DNA of 63,118 nucleotides, the filler included, from Octopus bimaculoides (taxonomy: Eukaryota): the NCBI RefSeq assembly GCF_001194135.2. It is 4 parts of 4 records of this genome, joined end to end, with 100 filler letters (N's around TTAATTAATTAA, not from the genome) between each part and the next. Parts side by side here need not be neighbours in the genome. Positions count along the whole stretch, not along the records: positions 37,134 to 60,848 come from NC_068984.1; positions 60,949 to 63,118 come from NW_026372597.1; 2 more parts are not named here. One strand, given 5' to 3'. The position numbers and the translations under genes are program-made. This document shows, piece by piece, positions 51,361 to 63,118 of this stretch (position 1 is its first letter; each line of letters starts with the position of its first letter). The notes under the pieces are model-generated. The model was not told where the DNA came from and did not search any database. It was given only the letters and a program-made list of their open reading frames with translations.

Positions 51361-51701
51361 CTGCGTGACATTTGTACGTCCACCGTTTTGTGGAGTGAAA
51401 GCTTGAACTCTGGCAAACGCCAAGGCTCTATCAGTTGAAGTCATACCGCCACTATGTGGGATACCATTAATAGCGGTTTTAAGAGCTTGTTTGTTGTATA
51501 TTTGGTTAAGTTTGATTTTTGGTAGCACCCTGTGATCAAACGTTGTTACAGCAACTTGAACTTTTTTAGGACCAATATCAAAGCTATCTACAAAACTGGT
51601 CACAAATTTAAGAACTGTCTTGAAATTGGCAGCACCGACACTTCCGGATGAATCCACCAAGAAAAGTATATCGAGAGGATTGTCTTTACAATCCATATTA
51701 T
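51361..51701 (-). CDS. Exon 2: VWA domain 1, N-terminal part (NMDCKDNPLDILFLVDSSGSVG...GGMTSTD...NVTQ)
   Basis: 341 nt; acceptor ttttgcag, donor CAG|GTATGG. MIDAS DxSxS (DSSGS) and GGxT motifs present. Confidence 0.95.
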
Positions 51702-51790
51702 CTGCAAAAAATAAAAAAATGATTTCAAACATATATCGAAAACTAAGAATATACGTCTGGTTGTATGTGTACATATACACACCCACACAA

Positions 51791-51826
<36 letters not shown>

Positions 51827-52881
51827 NNNNNNNNNNNNNNNNNNNNNNNNNNNNNNNNNNNNNNNNNNNNNNNNNNNNNNNNNNNNNNNNNNNNNNNNNN
51901 NNNNNNNNNNNNNNNNNNNNNNNNNNNNNNNNNNNNNNNNNNNNNNNNNNNNNNNNNNNNNNNNNNNNNNNNNNNNNNNNNNNNNNNNNNNNNNNNNNNN
52001 NNNNNNNNNNNNNNNNNATATTATTATATGATCGAACGCCACGCATCCGTTTTCTAGTAAGTTTTATCGTTATAATTCCCATGCGCACTCTATCCCTCTC
52101 TATTATTTCTATGTATCTCCCTCTCTTGTTCTTATTCCTTCCTGTTTTTCTCTACCACCCTTCCCTATTCTTCTCCTCTCCTCTTCACCGTTCCCTCTCT
52201 CTCTCTCTCACTCGTCTTCCGTGACTCTCTCGTTGTTCACAGGTGACCAACCTCTATCCATCTTCCTTTCTTCCACTTCCTTCCTAAAGACAAGACCTAC
52301 TTTTGCCTGTCTCTTCTCAAAGCTCGTTTTTCCAGCGTTCACTACTTCACATCGTCTTGGCTTAACAGCCCTCACCGTTAGTTTTTACTGTTTTGTTCTC
52401 ACTGTCCTGTTTTTGTTACCACTTTAACCCTCCGCAAAAAATCCTAAATTTTATTTAATTTGCTTTGCGGGAAGGACTGTTTAAACGAAGTCGCGTCTTA
52501 TCTCTACTTTCGAAACGCGGAGCAGATAAAATAGGAGACAACTGATGAAGGGAATGTTGCCTTTCTCGTTTCTGTATTTGTTTCTTTCGTTGTTCGAAAA
52601 AAAGTTTGTTTTCTATGTTTTTGTTGTTTATGTTCTCGTTTCTCATTTTTTTAACGTTTTTTTTTTGATGTCCTGTACCCATGTATGCATGTATATATAC
52701 ATATATATGTAGATGTGTACATATATGTATGTATATATGCATATATTTATATATTATTTATATTATTATATATATTTATATATATAGAGAGGGTGATAAA
52801 TTGAATATTAATTCAGTTTAAAACCAAGTGGCCTAGCATATAAAAAATCTGAAAATTCAGACAAATTGTATTACATGTGTA

Positions 52882-53146
52882 TAAGGGATGACCACTAAGT
52901 GGGCATCCGATATGCTAGAAAGAGGTCATAAGTAAGCAAAACGTTAATGTTCATAAGTAAAACGTTAATCTTCGAAACCGGTACACAATTAATTCTTCAT
53001 TCTGTATATTTCTCATTTTGTCTTGCCCGCGTATGTTCTGGTGTTTTGCGAAATTTTTTTTCTGGAGAACATTATTTTTCTTTGTGGTTGGGTCGTTGAT
53101 GACCTCTTTCTAGCATATCGGATGTCCACTTAGTGGTCATCCCTTA
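52882..53146. repeat. Fold-back with 48-bp inverted arms (1 mismatch), probably a Penelope-like pLTR fragment with an inversion
   Basis: Arms at 52882-52929 and 53099-53146; the spacer contains CTTCGAAACCGGTA. Confidence 0.8.
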
Positions 53147-53188
53147 TTCACATATTTATATATATATGTATATTTATATATATACATT

Positions 53189-53242
<54 letters not shown>

Positions 53243-53314
53243 TAAACACATATACAGGCATACCCATACATACATATATGCAAATAAATATATATTAGTA
53301 TATATGTATTTACG

Positions 53315-53346
<32 letters not shown>

Positions 53347-56300
53347 GATAAACGTTTTTATTTCAGAAAACGAAATCATCGTTTGACCATTCCATAGCTA
53401 AACAGTTGTACTACACTTTGAGAGGTTTTTATCTCTTAGCATCTGAAGGAGCTGGAGATACGATAGTTTGACCAAAAGAACCGGCTATTGCAGACAAAAA
53501 TAATATTGTAGAAAACGCAATTGGCCAAATTTGGACATACGACAGTGTTGCACAATGGAAATGATATATATGTGAATGTGTTACAGACACACATTGATTT
53601 CATCAAGTATATTCTAACCCGTCTTCGTTTCAACAGGCAAAATTTAAGTGATTTGCCATTACATATATCAAATTATTTAGAGCTACGGTTATTGTATATG
53701 CCAGAAAGCGGAAAAGAATCGAGATAACCCTGCGGAAAAGAATCGAGAGAAAGATCTGTCATTTTCGTGAAGGCGAATCTTGCAAGACTGCATTCTGAAC
53801 TCTATATGTAGTCCACTGTGTTGTTGGTTGCTACATTCGTGCAATGCACGAAGTTTTCTTTCAATATTTGCCTTTATAGGAAAAGTTTAACGTTTCCTCA
53901 ATGTCATATAACCTTTGCTCTTCGTTTATTTGCACTATTTTAGCATTGTGGATCTTAATACCATTGGAAAGTTTTGATGCAGCTATCACTTATCTTATTG
54001 TTGTGCTTCTTGAACATTAAGGTGAGCTATAGCGGCACGAAAAACATACCTAGTACTATAAAGAATGGCAAAAGTAAGTTGTTGAAACTAAATGAATACC
54101 CAAGAGAGCAGACATTTTATAGACGACAGACCGAAATTTGTTTGGAGTAGAATAGCGGTTAGCAGAGCATGTAGTTAAAGTTTTTGATGAGAGCAGAGGA
54201 ACTGGAAAACGTTTCTGTGTCTGCAAATGGAAATTAGTTATCTTTTGAAGTTCAAAGTATTTTGAGTTTTGTGATTATTCATTACACTGTCTGCGCTTTA
54301 GTGTCTTTATCTATGTGTCTCTATTGAAGCATTTAGTGTTGTCTATTAATTTTGATCAAACATCAGGTTTCCTGAAAAATCAGTCAATTATCTGTTCATA
54401 ACATAACATATACTTAGATATAGCATACTTCAAAATGACGGGATGGTCACGGCAGTTGATGACCTAGACAGATTAGGACTTAACTACATCCTTATAAATA
54501 TTATGTAAATATTAAGATATGAATCCCAATATTTCCTGCTCTAAAACTATAGATTGTTGGCACCAGTTTTATCAGTTGCAGGCTTTCTCCATATAAAAGG
54601 GTAAGAGCTGAAGACTTTCTTTGGTCACGAATGTCCATGGGATTGCACCTAGAAAGTGACTCTAGAAAGTCCGGACAAGGTTCTTTATAGAAGATTGAGT
54701 CACCATTGCAAACCAGCCTCCCCTCTCCACGCCACCAATCTTGTCCAAGAGAACGACAAAAGCCGATACAGCTTGGCACCAGTGACGTCGCAACTTATTT
54801 CTACAGTTAGGTGAACTGGAGCAACGTGAAATAAAGTGTCTTGCCCAAGAACACAACACACAGCCCGCTCCGGGAATCGAACTCATTATTACATGATTAT
54901 GAGTCTGGCGCTCTAACCAATGAACCATGCGCTTATTTTAGATTTAAATTCTAATATATAACTGCTCCTTTCAAATGAGCAAAAGAAATATCTTTCATTT
55001 TCTGCAGCATACTTATTACAGACTTGGTTATTATAATTGCTTATACCTCTTGGTTATTGCGTTCTGGAAAACCTAAAACTACACATATTTCAATGTTCCT
55101 TTTTCGTTCAGAACAAGGATAAGAAGAAAATGCTCACAATAATCAAGTCCTACTTATCAGATTTACATAAAATTTAAATCTAAAATTGCTCTATGTAAAG
55201 ACTGCAAAAGCTTACGAAAAATATCTAAACAGTATGGCGCTTGTTAATAACTTATTCGGATTTATTTCGTACAGGACACATATGCTATTTATATGTAGTT
55301 TCCAGCACAAAAAGTCGATATCGGGAATATTACTGTAGTAAATAATGAGAATTTCATTTAAAACAAGAAAAATTCACGCATATCTGATAATTATGAAACC
55401 TATGTCGCTGCAACTTGTCCAGTTGGCAGGTACAAAGACAATTTAAGAGAAATCATAATCCGTGCTATTAAAATGATAAGCATATTGCTTCAAATATTTA
55501 TGATATGTAAAACGGAATAATGGACTCTCTAGAAATAGAAGTATGTTCGATTGCATATATTCCTTTCCAAGTTTTAATATTGGTGGTATCAATTCCATCT
55601 TCTGATTCTTTCGGGGACGTTGAAATAAAATTGTTATCAATGCAATATGGCTGATATGAAAGATTATAGCATTATCATAATAAAATCTATTTTTCTCCTT
55701 ATCAAGGATAATGAATTTTTTTTTAAATATGCTAATCTATATAATTGAATTTTCATAATTAGCATATTGTATGTATGTGTTTGTAATGCTCATAAATATT
55801 TGTCACTTTGAAAAGCAAATATTTTTATTCACTATTCATCTTTATGTGATTTCATCTTTCATTTGGAATGGCATTCGAAACATTCGAAAATGAAACGCAA
55901 GCTGAATAATTAAGTAAAATTTGCTTTCTCGAATGACGTATTAATGTGTAGATAATTATCTACAGTTTCCACAGTTTTGCAGGTTTAGTGACGACGTCGG
56001 AAGCACTCACCTATATTGTGTACACTGAAATCTTCCAGTATTAAAATTATATTTTGAAATCTTTTTCATCATCCGGAAACATAATTCATAAATATTTTAT
56101 CGACCTTCTGTTTTTCGTCTTCTTGTTTTATCTAACTCCTTGCAAACTCCTAATGCTCCTCACCGTCGCAGAAGGATGACGGGGTGAGAGACGATTCGTC
56201 CTTTTCCACTGCTGGAACCGAGCTCGAGTCGATTCCGCCCACACACCATTACTGTTGCCTCGATCAGTGGTAGAAGAGCAGACGTTGGAATTGCCCTTGC

Positions 56301-57290
56301 TGATGTTACTGGTTTCGCTGTTGTCTGCTGCTCTCTCTCCATTCCTCGGCTTTTCTAGTTCCTCAGTGTAGAAACCACTTAATTGACTCTCTTTCATAAG
56401 TGTAACAGTTGATCTTTCTGTCCTGTAACATTAGTTTTGTGACTTATTTTCTCAACCCACGACGGAGCACAGTTTCGGAATTGCTCTATAGCTCTCGGAA
56501 ATCATTAAACTTTGCCACTGAACGTCTTTTCTGCTACTTCGTTACTATCTGCATATACCACGCCACAAAATTGACGATATGCTAACAGTTAATGAAGTTA
56601 TCCCTTGTGTTACACCCCTCCATATATTGCGGTGCAGTCAGATGTGCAACGTACCAACTCGGTTTGTTTCATTTTTCACCTCGTCCCCCGTTTTGAATAT
56701 TATTTATGTAATTCCATAGTAACTCCCTCGACCGACGAACAATGTTACACCACATATCGGTTGAAGACAACTAAAATTTTCTTTCGGGGAAAAAAGAAAA
56801 CATCCTTATGCTTATCGAGAAGCAAAGAGGTTTTTTTTTCTCTATTTGATAAATGATTATGGTTTTGATGCCCTTTACCTTCTTACATAGCTCTATCAGG
56901 TAATTATTTTCTCTAAAAGGTAATTCATTTTTATGGCATATCTGTTGGAACTAATGCAACAGTAGAAGACAGGAGATGCTTTTCCTGTCTCGATTAGATC
57001 TTTACATTCATTCATTTGCTTGACGAATGCATGCTCATGTGTGTTATTGCTACGTAGATATTTTTTTCTTTTCATTATTTGTATGGTTGTCTGTCAGAAA
57101 TACCTTATTTTTCTTGAGAAATAAACATGTTCTAGTAGGGAACTGACTTTATTTTCACTGTTTATTCTAATGTCTGTAAAAATGCATTTCTTTTAGTTCT
57201 TATGTTGGGGCATCTTTTTTATACAGTTTTTTTTTTTTTGCTTTGCTTTGTTTATTTGCTTATGAGTGATAGAGAAGAAANNNNNNNNNN

Positions 57291-57572
57291 CTAAAGCTCC
57301 ACGAAGCTTTGTCAGGGTATGGTGGCGAACCCTGCTGTGCTCTTTCACCACAACTTTCTCTCACTCTTACTTCCTGTTTCTGTTGTGCCTGTAATTCAAA
57401 GGGTCAGCTTTGTTACACTGTGTCACGCTGAATATCACCAAGAATTTCGTTAAGGGTACACGTGTCTGTGGAGTGCTCAGCCACTTGCACGTTAATTTCA
57501 TGAGCAGGCTGTTCCGTTGATCGGATCAACTGGAACCCTCGACGTCGTAAGCGACGGAGTGCCAACAACAAG
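57291..57572 (+). mobile_element. SINE family B copy (head hidden in gap) with TSD GATAGAGAAGAAA
   Basis: Near-identical to the 14430 copy body; the 13-nt duplication is seen before the gap and after the tail. Confidence 0.85.
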
Positions 57573-59651
57573 ATAGAGAAGAAAACTTTTCTTCGCAGTC
57601 ACATTTTTGTCATCCCAAACAGTGAAGAAATGATGCAAACAATTCAATTCCTATATTTCTATTTGGAGCGAAATGAGTTCCACAGAGTTTCGCCTGGTAA
57701 TCATCACGGATATGGGTGAGCAAGATGTAACACGTCCGAGTATCTCAAAACACAGTAACTACAATAACAACGACAAAAACAACAACAACAACGATAATAT
57801 TCCTTTCTACTACAGGCACATGGCCTGAATTTTGTAGGGAGGAAATTAGTCGATTACTTCGACTCCAGTACTTGACTGGTACTTATTTTATTGACGCCGA
57901 AAGGATGAAAGGATGACCTCACCGAACTTTAATCTCAGAACGAAAAGACAGGTGAAATGCCGCTAATTAGCGTGATTAGCGATTCTGCCAGCTCGTCACC
58001 TTCATAATGATAATGATGGTTAGTCGCGTCGATTTTGACATATAAATGTTCGAAGGAAAATATATTTAAAAAATGATCAAAAATTGAAGCTGCATCTATT
58101 TGTGTTGGATACGTGAATGTAATTTGAGACCAAGTATGGATCTGAGACAGATGTATCTATCGATTGCAGGATATAATTATTTCGTTGTTCTGTTTCTTCC
58201 ACTCAAATTATTTAGATGCACCATGACACTTTTTACACCAATTAGATCGATCTAGGCAATAACTTGCCCAAGATGTAAGAATTTTAATTATTTGATTCAA
58301 CTTATTGTTATACCATAAAGGAGAATTTTCGAACTACAGTCATGCATTCGAAAATGTACTGCCTACGTACATTCACTTCTCAACAGCATATTTTTGATAC
58401 TGGAAATGTCACATTTTTCTAAAATTTTGATATTTCATATCTTATCTTGCCGTTTTATATTGCAGGTATTGCGCAGAGAGTACATAAAACATCAACAACA
58501 ACAACAATAATAATCCTTTCTACTGAAGGCGCAAGGCTTTAAAAGTTTGGGGGGAGGGGAATAGTCTATTATATCGACCCCAGTATTTCACTGGTATTTT
58601 CTTTATCGATCCCGAAACGATGAAAAGCAAAGTCGACCTCGGCGGAATTTTATAATAATGAGAAGAAGAAGAAGAAGAAGAAGAAGAAGAAGAAGAAGAA
58701 GAAGAATGTTTTCAAATTTTGGGCACAGGGCCTGTGATTTCAGGAGAGAGTGCTAAGATTACAGGATATAGGTGTTGAGATTACAGAACGTTTGGGCATA
58801 GGCAAAGAGGAATTCATTTTCATGTCCTCCCCTTCGGAGGCGAATAATTTAATAGAAGGACTCTTCTTCACGGGAAAAAAACAGAAACTGCCTCAGAGGT
58901 TATAGATTCCACTTCAGCGAAGCGTACCTCATTATCTCAGGAAATATACACCTGCTCATAGTTTTAATAAATTGATTTTGCATAGAAGTGATCCCATTCG
59001 GCCTTTCTCTGTTCTCTGTCCTCACAAGGGGATGGGGTTATATGACTATGGCCTCTTTTCTGTGTTTTAGGATCTGCTTTGGTCGATTTGAAAATATTTT
59101 TGTGGTTGGTGGTGTCCATGTACCGAAATACACTATCTGACATGAATGTTTTAGCGTTTCAGAAAAATGGAGTTAATGAAAAAATTAAAATTGTTGTTAT
59201 ACACCAGTCTAGGGTAGATTTCTAAATGTTTCCACTTAAAGTTTCTATAAGTAAATAAATAAATAAAAAATGTGATTATCCACGTACATTAAGCTTGCTA
59301 GAATCCAAAGTCTCAGGAAGTTATTTGAAAGCAGTATTTTATACAATTCCCCATCCGACTACTGGAGACTCTACCAGATAGATTCTTTCTTTTCACCCAA
59401 ATTTTGGGCAATGTCTGTCTCCATTAACAAATTTGTTGAATGAAACTAACATTCGTTATAGACTTGGGACATGTTTACAAGAAATAATATCCTCTTAGAA
59501 AATGCGTATACTTTATCTGCCCCAGAAGAAAGAAAAGAAAAGTTGAGTTGTGATGAATTTGAATTTGGTATAAAAGAGCCTTAAATAAACTACGCCCGGT
59601 ATTCAGTCCGCTGTCCTGTTATTTCTACAATTCAATACACACCTAGGTGGC

Positions 59652-59709
<58 letters not shown>

Positions 59710-60174
59710 TATCGTCATTTTTTGGTTCCCTGAGGTAAAAATCTCAGAATGGATACAGCGAAACGACTGTAATTGGAACCGGATTTTCGACTTGCTGCCC
59801 AGTAAATTAAGCGATAATTTTATTGATCGTATCAGATGAGACTTACATTGAAAGAAATCAAATATTTTGTAGACAAAAGCGTATTAAATTCTCATTATAT
59901 CACTTCAAAGAGAATGCTATTAAAGAACACAAAGACGAGAAAAAAACGTCACAACAAACAAAAAGTTAAATAATTATCAAGATGTAAATTTAAGATTAAT
60001 TAGGAAGTGTTTATCAGGGTCAAAATATATAAATACAATGGTCGAAGCCTAAAGGAAAATAATTAGATCGAGTATACATCTTGGCAAAGAAGTATGTTCT
60101 TCGTGTTTTATATTAAAATAATTATATATTATAATTGCATTCGTTAAATATATGGTAAATAATTTTTTTCTTAC

Positions 60175-60244
60175 CTGGTTTAGCTGCTAAGCTGCCACCA
60201 CAGAGCAGCAAAACCAACCAGTAGAGGGAATACATCTTTGTCAT
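60175..60244 (-). CDS. Exon 1: signal peptide MTKMYSLYWLVLLLCGGSLAAKP + G (phase 1)
   Basis: Hydrophobic core with a small-residue cleavage site (SLA). Donor AG|GTAAGA at 60175/60174. G+AT joins exon 2 in frame as Asp. Other in-frame ATGs at 60253 and 60235. Confidence 0.8.
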
Positions 60245-60274
60245 TTTTGACATAAGGAATCTATCAAGCCCTGA

Positions 60275-60282
60275 CTTTTATA
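60275..60282 (-). promoter_or_regulatory. Candidate TATA box (TATAAAAG) of the VWA/TSP1 gene
   Basis: Consensus TATAWAAR about 30-45 nt upstream of the ATG cluster; a CCAAT lies at 60385-60389 on the same strand. Confidence 0.55.
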
Positions 60283-61069
60283 AGCCCATTATAAACTATG
60301 GTATAGATACAAAGGTCAAATATATTTTTTCAAGTGGTATATATCTATGAGTATGCGAAAGGTGATAAAACCAATTTATGTATAATTGGATTGAGGTACA
60401 AAATGATTAAGTGAGTGATTTAGTAATTATGATTAACTGAAATAATTATTAATTGCAATTTTACATATCACGCCATACGATGAAAAGGTAACATTTTCCA
60501 ACCAACGAAATTTTTTAGGTCAAGCACGTTCCACTTAATCAGATGAGTGTATATATGTGTATGTATGTATGTATGTATGTATGTATGTATGTATGCATGT
60601 ATGCATACGTACGTATGTAGGTGGATAGATAGACAGACATAAATATATACAAATATATAATCAATATATATATTTCATTATTATAAAGGAAAATTATACT
60701 CAAAATTTTCTAAGGAGGAGGGTAAATATTACAATATACACTATGTAACATACGAATTGTGCACAAGCACGCACGCATACACACAGGACACAGACACGTA
60801 TACACACACTAACACACACACACACACACACTCCCCCCATATCCACCTNNNNNNNNNNNNNNNNNNNNNNNNNNNNNNNNNNNNNNNNNNNNTTAATTAA
60901 TTAANNNNNNNNNNNNNNNNNNNNNNNNNNNNNNNNNNNNNNNNNNNNAGATACATGAAGACGCATACATCTATACATAGACTAAAATATATACTGACAC
61001 ACTCAAACATGTATGTGTGTGTGTGTGTGAATGTGTGTGCGTGTGAATGTGTGTGTTATTTCTTTACTA

Positions 61070-61285
61070 CCCACAAGGGGCTACACACAGAGGGGACAAA
61101 CAAGGACAGATAATCGGATTAAGTCGATTATATCGACCCCAGTGCGTAACTGGTACTTATTTAATCGACCCCGAAAGGATGAAAGGCAAAGTCGACCTCG
61201 ATGGAGTTTGAACTCAGAACGTAGCGGCAGACAAAATACCGCTGAGCATTTCGCCCGGTGTGCTAATGTTTCTACCAGCTCACCG
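61070..61285 (+). mobile_element. SINE-like dispersed repeat family C (ATCGACCCC..CTGGTACTTATTT..CGAAAGGATGAAAGGCAAAGTCGACCTC)
   Basis: Further copies at ~34520-34820, 36190-36670, 41985-42400, 44120-44340, 44845-45040, 57800-58010 and 58515-58650, often beside (AAT)n. Confidence 0.8.
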
Positions 61286-62321
61286 CTGTGTGTGAATGTG
61301 TGCGTGTGTGTGTGTGTGTGTGCGTGTGTGTGAATGTGTGTGTTAACCAACATAAAGCATGTATTTGCTGAATACAGACACACACTATTTCTGAATAAAA
61401 NNNNNNNNNNNNNNNNNNNNNNNNNNNNNNNNNNNNNNNNNNNNNNNNNNNNNNNNNNNNNNNNNNNNNNNNNNNNNNNNNNNNNNNNNNNNNNNNNNNN
61501 NNNNNNNNNNNNNNNNNNNNNNNNNNNNNNNNNNNNNNNNNNNNNNNNNNNNNNNNNNNNNNNNNNNNNNNNNNNNNNNNNNNNNNNNNNNNNNNNNNNN
61601 NNNNNNNNNNNNNNNNNNNNNNNNNNNNNNNNNNNNNNNNNNNNNNNNNNNNNNNNNNNNNNNNNNNNNNNNNNNNNNNNNNNNNNNNNNNNNNNNNNNN
61701 NNNNNNNNNNNNNNNNNNNNNNNNNNNNNNNNNNNNNNNNNNNNNNNNNNNNNNNNNNNNNNNNNNNNNNNNNNNNNNNNNNNNNNNNNNNNNNNNNNNN
61801 NNNNNNNNNNNNNNNNNNNNNNNNNNNNNNNNNNNNNNNNNNNNNNNNNNNNNNNNNNNNNNNNNNNNNNNNNNNNNNNNNNNNNNNNNNNNNNNNNNNN
61901 NNNNNNNNNNNNNNNNNNNNNNNNNNNNNNNNNNNNNNNNNNNNNNNNNNNNNNNNNNNNNNNNNNNNNNNNNNNNNNNNNNNNNNNNNNNNNNNNNNNN
62001 NNNNNNNNNNNNNNNNNNNNNNNNNNNNNNNNNNNNNNNNNNNNNNNNNNNNNNNNNNNNNNNNNNNNNNNNNNNNNNNNNNNNNNNNNNNNNNNNNNNN
62101 NNNNNNNNNNNNNNNNNNNNNNNNNNNNNNNNNNNNNNNNNNNNNNNNNNNNNNNNNNNNNNNNNNNNNNNNNNNNNNNNNNNNNNNNNNNNNNNNNNNN
62201 NNNNNNNNNNNNNNNNNNNNNNNNNNNNNNNNNNNNNNNNNNNNNNNNNNNNNNNNNNNNNNNNNNNNNNNNNNNNNNNNNNNNNNNNNNNNNNNNNNNN
62301 NNNNNNNNNNNNNNNNNNNNN

Positions 62322-62484
62322 GCACTACTGGGTACTGCACACATCCTACGCAAAACACTTTCAATACAGTAAACATAAGAGCACCACAGCAAACCACAGC
62401 ACATACCCAAGGCGCACAGAGCTGCGCTCGGTAGTGAAGTGAAAGCACGTTATAAAAATAAAACTACTGAACAATAATAATAAT
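62322..62484 (+). mobile_element. Second copy of the same R4/Dong-type 3' end
   Basis: 4 differences from 48652-48814 by hand count. Confidence 0.82.
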
Positions 62485-63118
62485 TATAATGATGATAATA
62501 ATAATAATTTAAGATGGCAAATACCATCTTAATAATAATAATAATAATAATGATGATAATAATCTAAGATGACAAATACCATCTTAATATTAATAATAAT
62601 ATTAATAATAATGATAATAATAATGTAGTTGTATACTACCACCCATCCCTCTAGCTATGGTAGTAAGGACAGCTGCATGAAGAAGTTCTGAGCTCTGATT
62701 TTGGAGGGAACCCAGGAAGATGTGGGATGAAGTGACGAGAAAGGATCTTTGGTTACTGGGCCTTACTGAGGAAATGACAACTTGAATCAACCTCGATTCC
62801 TACCTGGTATTTGTTCACTGATTGGCCAATGTCTCTGAGGGAGGTAAGCGCTGTAACACCAACCGTCACACTGTGCAGTTCTCTCTTAATAATTGTTATG
62901 TTCCGGCTTAGCTCGTAAAGCTCATCGGTTAGGAACTTGGTACACTTATCACAGACTGAAAGAGAACGAAGGGTCTTAATTTATGCGTGACATCACTACA
63001 ACAACAACAACAACAACAACACGGGATAAAACAAACAAACAATAATTGGATTCCCTCACTGTTTGTTAACTCTCTTTTACTTGTTTCAGTCATTTGACAG
63101 CGGCCATGCTGGAGCACC

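Larger units (their letters stand above)
37548..60253 (-). other. Gene model (3' incomplete): secreted VWA-TSP1-Pro/Thr hinge-VWA protein, at least 7 coding exons
   Basis: All junctions are canonical GT-AG with matching phases (1,0,1,1,1,0, then an open phase-1 donor). The spliced frame has no stops. Confidence 0.88.

Noticed and set aside
56011-56024. 14-nt microexon candidate with a perfect GTGAGT donor
   Set aside because: After exon 1 (phase 1) it reads VYTI-stop, and the acceptor tract is poor.

Overview
AT-rich, microsatellite- and gap-rich eukaryotic DNA. The repeat landscape resembles an octopus/cephalopod genome (inference; no search run). The one host gene I can support lies on the minus strand, from a TATA-driven signal-peptide exon at ~60.2 kb to at least 37.5 kb. 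Seven exons splice in one frame into a secreted protein: signal peptide - VWA1 - TSP1 - Pro/Thr microexon hinge - VWA2 - unresolved 3' end. The TSP1, hinge and signal-peptide exons are missing from the supplied ORF track. The rest is mostly decayed mobile DNA: a Gypsy LTR element, an RTE LINE and a Tx1 LINE (each lacking its RT core), Penelope-like elements with hammerhead-ribozyme-like motifs, R4/Dong- and Hero-type LINEs at microsatellites, mariner fragments, a hAT MITE and several SINE families. About 1.1-24.3 kb is strongly CpG-depleted relative to the rest, suggesting the methylated body of a second gene I could not identify. Sequence counts and alignments were done by hand, and repeat boundaries are approximate.
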